DNA from: Bryobacteraceae bacterium
Lineage (GTDB): Bacteria; Acidobacteriota; Terriglobia; Bryobacterales; Bryobacteraceae
Assembly (NCBI GenBank): GCA_041484525.1
Contig: JBGPHT010000015.1
Location: 7,307-71,306, forward strand
DNA: 64,000 bases
Direction of reading: 5' to 3'
The number at the start of each line of letters is the position of its first letter. Within the stretch, counting starts at the first letter, position 1. This document shows, piece after piece, positions 9,504 through 18,749 of this stretch. The translations under genes and the position numbers were made by a program. The notes under the pieces are model-generated. The model saw only the letters and a program-made list of their open reading frames with translations, did not search any database and was not told where the DNA came from.

Positions 9504-10691
9504 ATGAGGAACGATACACCGGTCATCCTCTCCGTTTTCGGGATCGATCCAAAATCCGTGAGCTGCACCGTGGAACTCATCCACGAGATTTCTCTCCAAC
9601 TGGGCGAGCAGGGCTGGAAGAGCGTGATCTGCTATGCGCAGCCGCCCGTGGACGAAGTACGCCGCCACCTTGCGTTGCCCAATGTGACGTTGGAGGTGAT
9701 GGCGCAACCGTGGATTGCGGGGCGCCAGCAGGCCATCACGTTCTGGCGTCTGCTGCGCCGCTATCGTCCGCGCATCGTGCATCTGCACTTCACCGGATTC
9801 GTGAACCCGTATTATTGGATGGCGCGGCTCAACGGCGTCCAGAGCATTTTTTTCACCGACCACAGCTCGCGGCCGGAAGGGCATGTTCCCAGGCGCGCGC
9901 CGCTGTGGAAACGCTGCGCGGTGCGGATTATCAACGCGCCGCTCGATCGCGTGTTTTCCATCAGTAACTTCAGTTACAGGAGCATTGTTACTCTGGATAT
10001 CTTCCCCAAAGAGCGCTTTCAGATAATGTACAACGGCACTCCTTTGATATCCCGGCCGATTCCCGGCGAAGAAGAGCAACGGCAATTCCGGCTGCAATAC
10101 GGGATTCCCGAAGGCCGCTCGATCGTCATGCAGGTGAGCTGGGTGATCCCGGAAAAGGGTGTGCAGGATCTGGTGGAAGCGGCGCGCCTGGTGCTCGCCG
10201 AGCGCCCCGGCACGCACTTCGTGGTCGCCGGTGACGGCGCGTTCCGCGAGCAGTACACGAAATGGGTAGCGGAATTGGGGATCGGCGGCCATTTCACGTT
10301 CACCGGTACGATTGCGGGCGCGGGCGCGCTCGCTCCCGCGTATGCCTCGGCCGCCGTCGTGTGCCAGCTTTCGCGTTGGCAGGAGGGCTTCGGCGTAACC
10401 ATCATCGAGGCTATGAGCTGCGGCAGACCGATCGTGGCCACGCGCATGGGCGGCATCCCGGAAGTCGTGGCGGAAAACGAAACCGGCTTTCTGGTGCCGC
10501 CGGCCTCACCGGCCATCGTGGCTGCGAAGTTGCTCGAACTGCTCAACGACCCAGCGCTTGCCGAAAAGCTGGGCCAAGCCGGCCGCCGGCGCGTCGAGGA
10601 GAAGTTCAGCCTGACCCTCAACGTCGCAGAGTGCCTCGACGCTTACGGCATCGCTCAGAGCGTGAAGCCGGACTTGCGCGCGTCGTTGTAG
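9504..10691 (+). CDS. Glycosyltransferase family 4 (GT-B)
   Basis: EGFGVTIIEAMSCGRPIVATRMGGIPEVVAENETGFLV. The gene starts 6 nt after the previous GT4 stop. Confidence 0.85.
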   Translation: MRNDTPVILSVFGIDPKSVSCTVELIHEISLQLGEQGWKSVICYAQPPVDEVRRHLALPNVTLEVMAQPWIAGRQQAITFWRLLRRYRPRIVHLHFTGFVNPYYWMARLNGVQSIFFTDHSSRPEGHVPRRAPLWKRCAVRIINAPLDRVFSISNFSYRSIVTLDIFPKERFQIMYNGTPLISRPIPGEEEQRQFRLQYGIPEGRSIVMQVSWVIPEKGVQDLVEAARLVLAERPGTHFVVAGDGAFREQYTKWVAELGIGGHFTFTGTIAGAGALAPAYASAAVVCQLSRWQEGFGVTIIEAMSCGRPIVATRMGGIPEVVAENETGFLVPPASPAIVAAKLLELLNDPALAEKLGQAGRRRVEEKFSLTLNVAECLDAYGIAQSVKPDLRASL

Positions 10692-11380
10692 AACATCTTC
10701 ACGGTGTCCAGAGAATACTCCGCCAGGTCCTTGCCGACCAGGTCGAGCTTCTTCAGTACGTCCGGCGTCACCGTGATGATGTGGCAGCCGATATCGTCCG
10801 CCTGAATGACGTTCAACAACTCGCGCGGACTCGCCCAGATGAGCTCGAGACCGGGATAGCTTTCAACCATCTCGACGGCCGCCATCATGAGCGGCAGCGG
10901 ATCGCGGCCGGTATCCGCGATGCGGCCGGCGAACACTGAGACATAGGCCGGCGCGCCGCCGCCGAGCGCCCGCACCACGTCCCGCACCTGCGCCAACGTC
11001 AGGATCGCGGTGACATTCAGCTTCACGCCCGCATGCGACAGCCGGCAGATCAGGTCGAGCGCCGGCTCCCGCCTGGTGTTGGTAACGGGTATTTTTACAT
11101 ACACGTTTTCCCCCCAGGATTTGATGATGTGGGCCTGCCGCTCCATTTCGTCGAACTCGTCGGCGAATACCTCGAAGGAAATCGACCGGTCGCTGATGCA
11201 GCCGAGAATGTCGCGCGCGAAAGATTCGTAATCGCGGATTCCCGCTTTGTTCATCAGCGTTGGATTGGTTGTAAAACCCTTGATCCAAGGCTTGCTGTAC
11301 AGTTCCAGCATGGCCGCCTTATCGGCGCCGTCGGCAAAGATCTTGACTGCGAGATCATCCACAGAGCGGTAGCTTTTCAT
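10655..11380 (-). CDS. Transaldolase-family protein (Fsa/TalC-like short form)
   Basis: VKIFADGAD...IKGFTTNPTLMNKAG...VYVKIPVT, with the GFTTNPTL and KIP motifs of short transaldolases. It is the last gene of the heptose operon. Confidence 0.8.
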   Translation of the reverse strand: MKSYRSVDDLAVKIFADGADKAAMLELYSKPWIKGFTTNPTLMNKAGIRDYESFARDILGCISDRSISFEVFADEFDEMERQAHIIKSWGENVYVKIPVTNTRREPALDLICRLSHAGVKLNVTAILTLAQVRDVVRALGGGAPAYVSVFAGRIADTGRDPLPLMMAAVEMVESYPGLELIWASPRELLNVIQADDIGCHIITVTPDVLKKLDLVGKDLAEYSLDTVKMFYNDARKSGFTL

Positions 11381-11404
11381 GCGAGTGATGTCCCCCGATG
11401 GGCT

Positions 11405-12442
11405 CTATGCCCTACGTAAATGATAGGGCAAAAGCGGAACCGTTTGCCTGTGGCCGGCCTGATTTTGCGAAAGAACGGCCGTCCCCTGAAAGTCGAAGTG
11501 CCACCGGACCTCGCGCAGACAGGCCTCGCAGATTACCCGGTGCCGGCGCGTTTTGTCTTCCGTGTAAAACATCAGGAAACCGCCGCCGCCGGCGCCGATC
11601 AGCTTGCCGCCGAGGGCGCCGTTCCGGCGCGCCGTTGCGTATATATCGTCGATGCGCGAATTGCTCATTCCCTGCGAGCGGTTTTTCTTGTGCTCCCAGT
11701 GCACGTGCATCAGCTCCGCGAAGCCCCGCAGGTCGCCGCTCTCGAACGCGGCCTTGCTCTCGCGCCCGATCTGTTTCACGAAGTGCAGGTTGTCGATCAT
11801 GCTTGGGTCCTTATCGCGGCTGCGCGAATCCTGGTCCTTCAGTATCCCGGAAGCGGAGCGCGTAAAGCCGGTAAAGAACAGGATCAGGTTGTCTTCCAGA
11901 TTGTGCAGCGTCTCGCCGCTCAACCGCAGCGGCTGCACATCCACCGTGCCATCGGGGTGGAACTCGAAAGCCGTGATGCCGCCGAACGCCGCGATGTATT
12001 GGTCCTGCTTGCCGATCGGCTCATGCAGGATATCGATCTCGATGTGGCAGGCCTGCTCCGCCAGCTCACGCTGCGAAATGTGCCGGTTCTCGTGCATGTG
12101 CAGCGCGCGCAGCAGCGCAGTGGTGAAGCTGCCCGAAGAACCGAGCCCGGTGCCTGACGGAATGTCGGCGAGGCTGGTGATTTCGATGTGCGGCCGCTCG
12201 GGCGCCAGCAGCTTCAACGCGGCGTGGAAGATGGGGTGCTGGATCTCCTCCGGCTTGTGCACCAGCTCCTGTTTCGAATACTTGAGGATGATCTCTTCCT
12301 GGAAAGCTTCGTGCAGCGTGATGTAGACGTACTTATTGATGGCCGCCGAAATGACGAAGCCGCCGTGCTCGCGGTAGTAGGACGGCAGATCGGTGCCGCC
12401 GCCGCCGAGCGAGATGCGTAACGGACTGCGCGTGATGATCAT
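11405..12442 (-). CDS. hddA: D-glycero-alpha-D-manno-heptose 7-phosphate kinase (GHMP family)
   Basis: MIITRSPLRISLGGGGTDLPSYY N-terminus and GHMP motif PSGTGLGSSGSF. Its start overlaps the gmhB stop (ATGA at 12439-12442). Confidence 0.85.
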   Translation of the reverse strand: MIITRSPLRISLGGGGTDLPSYYREHGGFVISAAINKYVYITLHEAFQEEIILKYSKQELVHKPEEIQHPIFHAALKLLAPERPHIEITSLADIPSGTGLGSSGSFTTALLRALHMHENRHISQRELAEQACHIEIDILHEPIGKQDQYIAAFGGITAFEFHPDGTVDVQPLRLSGETLHNLEDNLILFFTGFTRSASGILKDQDSRSRDKDPSMIDNLHFVKQIGRESKAAFESGDLRGFAELMHVHWEHKKNRSQGMSNSRIDDIYATARRNGALGGKLIGAGGGGFLMFYTEDKTRRHRVICEACLREVRWHFDFQGTAVLSQNQAGHRQTVPLLPYHLRRA

Positions 12443-12990
12443 AATGAGGCAGCAAGAATCCAGGCCGCGGCAGCCGCCAGCGTCGAGGCGCGGAAGTCGG
12501 GCTGGTTGTCCGGCCCGCGCTCGCGATATTGGCGGTCAATCAGAATGGTGCGGCATCCCGCCGAGGCGCCGGCATCGACATCGCGCCAGCGGTCGCCCAC
12601 CATAAAACTGCGGCTCAGATCGATTCCGTAATCGGATGCCGCCTCGATCAGCATGCCGGGCTTCGGCTTACGGCAGCCGCAGGCATCGCCGTCGTTATGG
12701 CAGCAGACGCGCACATCGTCGACTGGCAACTCGGCGCGAACGTTCCGGTGGATGGCGTCCAGGTCCTCGCGCGCCAGCGTGCCGCGTCCTACGTCCGGTT
12801 GATTGGTCACCACGATCAGGAGGAACCCCGCCGCCTTCAATCGATCGAGCGCCTCGCGGGCTCCACCTGAGACGCGGAAATCCGCGGCTGGCGGCGGATA
12901 GGGCTTGCCATCCCGCACCACCGGCTCGTTGAGCACGCCATCGCGATCCAGGAATACGGCGCGGGCGCCCGTCACCGCACCGATTCCCAT
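12439..12990 (-). CDS. gmhB: D-glycero-D-manno-heptose 1,7-bisphosphate phosphatase (HAD family)
   Basis: FLDRDGVLNEP (DxD nucleophile motif), VVTNQPDVGRG, the Cys-rich CCHNDGDACGCRKPKPGM zinc loop, and MVGDRWRDVDAG. The track ORF (to 13293) has an implausible Arg/Gly-rich extension, so I start at MGIGAV (12990). Confidence 0.85.
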   Translation of the reverse strand: MGIGAVTGARAVFLDRDGVLNEPVVRDGKPYPPPAADFRVSGGAREALDRLKAAGFLLIVVTNQPDVGRGTLAREDLDAIHRNVRAELPVDDVRVCCHNDGDACGCRKPKPGMLIEAASDYGIDLSRSFMVGDRWRDVDAGASAGCRTILIDRQYRERGPDNQPDFRASTLAAAAAWILAASL

Positions 12991-13568
12991 TTCGTTTCCG
13001 CGATCTTGAGCGCCGGATGCGTCACCAAAAGGTGCCAGATCACGGCCTGAAACGCCTCCGCGTGCGGGGTCACGTGTTGCGGATTGACAGTGGGCACCAC
13101 CACACAGGCGTCCGCCGCCTGCTTCGTATAACCGCCGTCGCGGCCTACGATCCCTGCCACCTTGGCGCCCGCCGCCTTGGCCGTTTTGATGGCGGCCACC
13201 AGGTTCGGGCTGACGCCCTTTTCGAGGTTGCCGCCTCCCACCGAGAAGACGAGCACCGCATCCGACGGGCGAATCCGGCTGCCGCGCAGCCACGTTTCGA
13301 ACACCGTCGCCCAGCCCTCATCATTGGTTCGCGCCGTCAGCTCCGAGACGTTGTCAGTGGGAGCATACGCTTCCATCCCGCAGATTTTGCGGAAGTCGTT
13401 CACGGCGTGCGAGGCGTTGGCAGCGCTGCCTCCGACACCCAGAATGAAGAGACGGCCGCCCTGCGCGCGGCAGTCCGCCAGCAGCGAAGCCACCGCTTCC
13501 ACGGACGCGATATCGATGCGCTTCAGAATCTCGCCGGCTTCCGCCAGGAATTCTTCGCTGAATGTCAT
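12972..13568 (-). CDS. gmhA: Sedoheptulose 7-phosphate isomerase (SIS domain)
   Basis: GGRLFILGVGGSAANASHAVNDF is a SIS motif. The start MTFSEEF overlaps the hddC stop (ATGA at 13565-13568). Confidence 0.85.
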   Translation of the reverse strand: MTFSEEFLAEAGEILKRIDIASVEAVASLLADCRAQGGRLFILGVGGSAANASHAVNDFRKICGMEAYAPTDNVSELTARTNDEGWATVFETWLRGSRIRPSDAVLVFSVGGGNLEKGVSPNLVAAIKTAKAAGAKVAGIVGRDGGYTKQAADACVVVPTVNPQHVTPHAEAFQAVIWHLLVTHPALKIAETKWESVR

Positions 13569-14257
13569 CGGCTGAGAAAATCCCCCAATTCCCGAATCCC
13601 TTCGTGGGAACCGATTTCGTAAAACCGCTGGTTGGCTTCCCACGCCGCCAGTTCGCCGCGCTGCAACAAATCCTGATAGAGGACGGCCAGATCCAACGGG
13701 CGGTCTTCCGGAACGGCATCGAACGCGGCCCGCCGAAAAGCGCCTAACCCGTAGTCAATGTGGCACATCCGGGGCGTCCGATCCACCTTATTGTACGCCA
13801 GTATCCGGCCCGCGGAATACTCTACATTGCTGGTATCCCACTGGCCATCATTGCGAAACACGCTCATGAATCCTAGCTTTTCCGAATTCAGAAAGGCGTG
13901 CTCCGCCGCCGGATAATCGCACGGCAAATAGGCATCGCCATAGACAACTAGGAAGGCCTCTCCGAGCAGCGGCAGGGCGCGGCGGAGGGCGCCACCGGTG
14001 CCGAGCGGTTCCGCGCCGTCGAAGGAATAATCGAGATCGAGACCGAAGGCGCTGCCGTCGCCCGCATACGCGCGGATCTGCTCGCCCAGGAAGCCGGCGC
14101 AGAGCACCACGCGCTCGATGCCGTTGGCGCGCAGCAGCCGGAGTTGATGCGCCAAGAAAGGCTCGCCATTGATTTCGATTAGCGACTTGGGGATGGTTTC
14201 GGTCAAGGGTCGCAGGCGCTTTGCCAGCCCGCCGGCCAGAATCGCGATGGGTAGCAT
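13565..14257 (-). CDS. hddC: D-glycero-alpha-D-manno-heptose 1-phosphate guanylyltransferase
   Basis: MLPIAILAGGLAKRLRPLTETIPKSLIEINGEPFL is a sugar-nucleotidyltransferase G-x-G-x-R-L signature. It is the first gene of the hddC-gmhA-gmhB-hddA set. Confidence 0.8.
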   Translation of the reverse strand: MLPIAILAGGLAKRLRPLTETIPKSLIEINGEPFLAHQLRLLRANGIERVVLCAGFLGEQIRAYAGDGSAFGLDLDYSFDGAEPLGTGGALRRALPLLGEAFLVVYGDAYLPCDYPAAEHAFLNSEKLGFMSVFRNDGQWDTSNVEYSAGRILAYNKVDRTPRMCHIDYGLGAFRRAAFDAVPEDRPLDLAVLYQDLLQRGELAAWEANQRFYEIGSHEGIRELGDFLSR

Positions 14258-14387
14258 GGGTTAGACGAGTATCAGGAGGCCGGATCGAGCAGCTTGCGCG
14301 TATGGGAGCTGCAACAAATCGCCAGTATACCGCAGCACCATTGGCAGACAGCGACCGCGCGCACGAGGCAAGCTTCGAGCAGAGGAA

Positions 14388-15641
14388 TTGTTATATTGTT
14401 ATGGTTCAGGTGGCGTCTCGCGACTGGTAGCCACCTGGTTGCATCCTGATAGGACTTCTTTATTGCGACACCGCTTACTGGATTTGCTCGCCTGCCCGAA
14501 ATGCGGCGGCTTCCCTCTGGAACTTACGGTATTGGAAACCGAATCGGACGCTCCGCCGCGAGTGTCGGGAGTCCGGTGCTCGTCCTGGTGCGCCTGGCAG
14601 AAGGAAGCACCGGAGGGAAAGGCGAGGCCGTGTTCGGAATGCTACGCCATCGAGATCACGGCGGCGATCCTGCATTGTAAGGGATGCGCGGCCGAGTATC
14701 CCGTAATCGACGGCGTCCCGCGGTTCATTCCTGACGTGGACCAGGATTTTCCGGAGTTCTTTCGCCGCTACGCGGATCGATTTCGCAACGCGAAGCCGGT
14801 CGACGCGCACGATTTCCGCCAACTGCACTCCGAGACCAGGCAGAGTTTCGGATTCCAGTGGCTGCGCTTCAAGGTCACCGACCACAAGGAAAACCAGGAA
14901 CACTTTTTCCGGCGGCTCGACATCACTCCCGCCGGCATGAAGGGCAAGATATTCTTTGAAGCCGGCTGCGGCATGGGGCGGTACTTACAAGTGATTGGAG
15001 ACGAGCCCACGGCCGAAGCGGTGGGGCTCGATCTGAGCCTGGCGGTGAATCGAGCGCGCGCCGAGAACCGGCAGAATCCGTTTATCCACGTGATCCAGGG
15101 CAACATCATGGAGCTGCCGCTGCGTGCGCAAACGATCGACTACGTGTACAGCATCGGGGTGCTTCACCATACGCCCGACACGCGGCAGGCATTCCAGAGC
15201 ATCGTGCGGCTGGTCAAGCCGGGCGGCAGCGTCAGCATCTGGGTGTACCACGTGTGGCGCCATTCGGGCGTGCACGGCCTGCAGGCGCTGCATGCTACGT
15301 TGAAGGGCCGGATCACGGACGGCGTGCGCGCGATCACGACGCGGCTGCCGTTCCGAGTCCTGAATGCTCTCTGCTACGTAGCGGTGCCGGGCGGTTGGCT
15401 GCAGCGCAAGATCACAGATTCGCCCGCGCCCATCCGCGCCCTCTTTTCGCCGCTCACGCTGCTGAATCTCTCGATGCACGACCGCTGGGAAGTGCGCGTG
15501 CTCGATACCTTCGACTGGTACTCGCCGCGCTACCAGTGGAAGCACACGGTGCCCGAGGTGGAGGGCTGGTTCCGCGACGCCGGCCTGGCCGACATCACGA
15601 CCCACGGCTTCCCGGTGAGCGTAAGGGGAACGCGGCGCTAG
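14388..15641 (+). CDS. Class I SAM-dependent methyltransferase with an N-terminal Trm112-like zinc-ribbon region
   Basis: LLDLLACPKCGG...ILHCKGCAAEYPVIDGVPRFI is Trm112-like, with extra CSSWC...CSEC pairs inserted. FFEAGCGMGRY is motif I. The start is uncertain: TTG 14388 in the track, with in-frame TTG 14463 also possible. Confidence 0.7.
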   Translation: MLYCYGSGGVSRLVATWLHPDRTSLLRHRLLDLLACPKCGGFPLELTVLETESDAPPRVSGVRCSSWCAWQKEAPEGKARPCSECYAIEITAAILHCKGCAAEYPVIDGVPRFIPDVDQDFPEFFRRYADRFRNAKPVDAHDFRQLHSETRQSFGFQWLRFKVTDHKENQEHFFRRLDITPAGMKGKIFFEAGCGMGRYLQVIGDEPTAEAVGLDLSLAVNRARAENRQNPFIHVIQGNIMELPLRAQTIDYVYSIGVLHHTPDTRQAFQSIVRLVKPGGSVSIWVYHVWRHSGVHGLQALHATLKGRITDGVRAITTRLPFRVLNALCYVAVPGGWLQRKITDSPAPIRALFSPLTLLNLSMHDRWEVRVLDTFDWYSPRYQWKHTVPEVEGWFRDAGLADITTHGFPVSVRGTRR

Positions 15642-15649
15642 TTAGTTAG

Positions 15650-15758
15650 AAAACATATATTCACCGCCGAGACGCCGAGACCGCGGAGAAGCAAAGTGAA
15701 GAATAAGATCTGGAGTTGCTTCTCAGCGATCTCGGCGTCTCGGCGGTGAATATGTTTT
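15650..15758. repeat. GC-rich palindromic intergenic element, copy 1 (hairpin, probable bidirectional terminator)
   Basis: The left arm 15650-15690 pairs with the right arm 15720-15758, with a 2-nt bulge and 2 mismatches. The 20-nt core TCACCGCCGAGACGCCGAGA is identical to copy 2. It lies between convergent stops at 15641 (+) and 15768 (-). Confidence 0.8.
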
Positions 15759-15767
15759 CACGCCAGT

Positions 15768-17654
15768 TCACCCCACCGCAGCAGGCACCCGGCTCGACTT
15801 TTCCAGGTCCTCGAACCACAGCTCCAGCATCAGGAGATCCCACAGTGGACGGCTGTTGTCGCGGCGGCCGCTTTGATGCTCGGTGAGCAGGTGGCGCACG
15901 AATTCGGGCGACACCATATCCCGGTTCAGGAATGCCTGCGAGGTCAGGTGATCCCAAAGGAACGCGCGCAGCTCGCCGCGAAACCAGGCGGCTACGGGGA
16001 CGCCGAAGCCCATCTTGCCGCGGTTCAGCAGCGGCGGCGGCAGCCGGTCGCCGATCGCCTGCAACAGGATTCTTTTTCCCTTGCCGTCGCGTAGTTTCCA
16101 ATGGTGCGGCCAGGACGCCACCAGCTCCGCTAACTCGTGGTCGAGCAGCGGGCAGCGCACTTCGAGCGATGCCGCCATCGACATGCGGTCCACCTTCACC
16201 AGCATGTCGCCTGTCAGGTTCGCCGTGGCTTCGAAATACATGGCCTGCGTCAGCGCTTCCGGATCGCCCGGCAGCAGGCATTCGGCAAATGCCCGCGTCA
16301 GAAAGCCGGCGTCGGCGGGCGCCATCCATTCCGGCTGCAGCAGGGCGCGCCGCAAAAAGTAGGGCCGGTAATTGAACTCGAAGTACCGCTCAAGCGACGA
16401 CGGGCGGCTGATCATCCGCATGTAGTTCTTCCCGTAGGTGCGATACGGCAGGCGCTCCGCCACCCACCCGAGCAGCCGCCGCAGCGCCTGGGGCGTGCGA
16501 TCGTAACCCGCGAGACTTTGCAGCTTGACGAAGCTGTCGTACCCGGCGAACAGTTCGTCGCCGCCATCGCCGGAGAGCGCCACCTTCACGGACCGTGCCG
16601 TAAATTCCGAAACTATGTAGGTCGGGATGGCGGAGGAGTCGGCGAAGGGCTCGCCGAAATGCCGCACCAGTTTTTGCACCAGGTCGAGCGAATTCGGGCG
16701 CACGACGATCTCGTGATGGTCGGTGCCGTATTGCTTCGCCACCATCGAGGCGTAATGCAGTTCGTTGAACGCCGCCTCTTCAAAACCGATGGAGAAAGTT
16801 TTGATCGGCTCGCGCGATTGCAGCGCCATCGATGCCACCACCGAGCTCGAATCGATGCCGCCGCTGAGGAATGCGCCCAGCGGCACGTCTGCGATCATCC
16901 GGATGCGCACGCATTCGTCGAACTTTTCGCGCAGTTGGGCCGCCGCGTCGGCTTCGGTCAGTCGCGGATCTCCACCCGCGCCCGGCTCGGGCAGCCGCCA
17001 GTAGCGACCTTTGCGAACCGTGCCGCCGGGTCCGTATTCCAGCCAGCCGCCGGGCTCGAGCTTGCGGATCGCGCGGAACGCGCTCAGCGGCTCGGGGATG
17101 TAGGAGAACTGGAAGTAGAGCCGGAGCGCGTCGGGATCGACCTCGAGCGGCACGCCCGCCTGCCGCAGCGCCGACAGCTCGCTCGCAAACCAGATTCCCT
17201 CGGGTAGGACGGCGTAGTACAGCGGCTTCTTCCCGAAACGGTCACGCGCCAGCAGCAGCGTCTGCCGGCTCGCGTCCCAAATCGCGAAGGCGAACATGCC
17301 CCGCAGGCGCGCGAGCCCGTCCACGCCTTCCTCTTCGTACAGATGGACCAGCGTCTCGGTGTCGCTGTTGGTTTGAAAGCGGTGGCCGCGGGAGATCAGG
17401 TCGCTGCGGAGTTTCTGATAGTCGTAAATCTCGCCATTGAATACCACCCAGACGGTGCCGTCTTCGTTCGAGATGGGTTGGTGGCCGGTACTCAGGTCGA
17501 TGATGCTGAGCCGGCGCATGCCGATCGAGCAGGGGCCTTCGGTATGGTAGCCCTCATCGTCCGGTCCGCGGTGGCGGATCTGGTCGCACATGGCTTGTAC
17601 GACCACTTGTTCCGCGGCGCCCTGGCGCAACACATATCCGGCTATCCCGCACAT
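15768..17654 (-). CDS. asnB: Asparagine synthase-type glutamine amidotransferase
   Basis: MCGIAGY is an Ntn-Cys2 N-terminus. FLSGGIDSSSV is the PP-loop. The 628-aa size fits. Confidence 0.9.
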   Translation of the reverse strand: MCGIAGYVLRQGAAEQVVVQAMCDQIRHRGPDDEGYHTEGPCSIGMRRLSIIDLSTGHQPISNEDGTVWVVFNGEIYDYQKLRSDLISRGHRFQTNSDTETLVHLYEEEGVDGLARLRGMFAFAIWDASRQTLLLARDRFGKKPLYYAVLPEGIWFASELSALRQAGVPLEVDPDALRLYFQFSYIPEPLSAFRAIRKLEPGGWLEYGPGGTVRKGRYWRLPEPGAGGDPRLTEADAAAQLREKFDECVRIRMIADVPLGAFLSGGIDSSSVVASMALQSREPIKTFSIGFEEAAFNELHYASMVAKQYGTDHHEIVVRPNSLDLVQKLVRHFGEPFADSSAIPTYIVSEFTARSVKVALSGDGGDELFAGYDSFVKLQSLAGYDRTPQALRRLLGWVAERLPYRTYGKNYMRMISRPSSLERYFEFNYRPYFLRRALLQPEWMAPADAGFLTRAFAECLLPGDPEALTQAMYFEATANLTGDMLVKVDRMSMAASLEVRCPLLDHELAELVASWPHHWKLRDGKGKRILLQAIGDRLPPPLLNRGKMGFGVPVAAWFRGELRAFLWDHLTSQAFLNRDMVSPEFVRHLLTEHQSGRRDNSRPLWDLLMLELWFEDLEKSSRVPAAVG

Positions 17655-17684
17655 ACGTGGAAGGCGTGACCGCGGCGCCCGCTG

Positions 17685-18749
17685 CTAGGTGATCGCAACC
17701 AGCGACCGCTTTTCGGCGTCGGTGCAGCGCTCTTCGCGGCAGCAGCCGGACTCCCATAGCTTCGGACGATTCTCCCAGATTTCGCGGATCGGCTTCTCCT
17801 TGACGTTGCCCACGGGCTTGGCGCCGGTGCACACCGTGACGTCGCCGTTGGCCTGAAATTGCAGCGTGGTCAGGGCCGCGCACGTGGCGTGCTTTTCGTG
17901 CGCCATGTGCGATTGCGTCAGGATCCGCAGCGTATCCGGATTCCGGAAATAAGGGATCATGGCCTCGAGTTGCGCGAAGCTGTTGTCGATGTGCAGCCCC
18001 TGGCGCTTGAGGCGGATCAACTCCTCCACCGCCGCAATCGCGCGCGCCGTGTCCTTCGGCCAGTTTTCGCTATGCTCGAACCACCGCGTATCGTCCGGGG
18101 TGTTGTAGTTCTGCTCGATCGGCTGATAGAAAATATGCATGCCGTCGCGCGAGGCGAATTCCGCCAGCTTCGGGACATCGTCCAGGTTGTGCGACATGAT
18201 CACGGTCTTCAGGCGGATCACGTACTTCAAGTTCTTTTCCTGGCGGACACGCTGCAGCGTTTCGATGGTTAGGTTGGTGAGTTCGAAGAAATCTTCCTTG
18301 CCGCGGACTTTACTGTGCGTGGCGCCCAGGCCATCCACCGAGATGGTGACGCGCGAGGGCTGCGCCAGCGCCAGTTTCTCGATCTTGGTCTGGTCTTTCC
18401 AATAGCCGTGCGTCAGGATCTCCTGGAAAAAGCCCAGGGCGGAGCCAAACGCAACCAGGTCGATGGTGTACGGCTTCAACAGTGCTTCTCCGCCGCTGAA
18501 CCCGACATGCACCGGCCCCAGCCAGGTACGCAGGTCCGTGAGAACCGTCTTCAACTGCTCGAGAGTCGGCCCGTCTTCTTTGCCCTTGTTCTTCCAGATG
18601 TCGCAATGCACGCAGCGGGCGTTGCACAGCTCGGTCAGCAGGAAAACGATCGAGGTCGGCCGGCAATGAGATGCCAACCGTCCTCCCGCAAAATTACGGA
18701 GACGGTAGTTCACGCCCTCATAAACGTGCCGGTACGTATCTGCAAACAC
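17685..18749 (-). CDS. Radical SAM protein with a C-terminal SPASM-like Cys cluster
   Basis: LTELCNARCVHCDIW is the CxxxCxxC motif. The C-terminal CAALTTLQFQANGDVTVCTGAKPVGNV...IWENRP...GCCREERC is SPASM-like. The gene ends 30 nt upstream of asnB. Confidence 0.85.
   Translation of the reverse strand: MFADTYRHVYEGVNYRLRNFAGGRLASHCRPTSIVFLLTELCNARCVHCDIWKNKGKEDGPTLEQLKTVLTDLRTWLGPVHVGFSGGEALLKPYTIDLVAFGSALGFFQEILTHGYWKDQTKIEKLALAQPSRVTISVDGLGATHSKVRGKEDFFELTNLTIETLQRVRQEKNLKYVIRLKTVIMSHNLDDVPKLAEFASRDGMHIFYQPIEQNYNTPDDTRWFEHSENWPKDTARAIAAVEELIRLKRQGLHIDNSFAQLEAMIPYFRNPDTLRILTQSHMAHEKHATCAALTTLQFQANGDVTVCTGAKPVGNVKEKPIREIWENRPKLWESGCCREERCTDAEKRSLVAIT

Noticed and set aside
12439-13293. Long N-terminal extensions in track ORFs: gmhB to 13293, gmhA to 13643, DegT to 59174, wecB to 50512, hldA to 52162, tacA to 30440
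   Set aside because: The extensions overlap upstream genes and are Arg/Gly-rich. Internal Met starts give family-typical N-termini and ATGA-type couplings.
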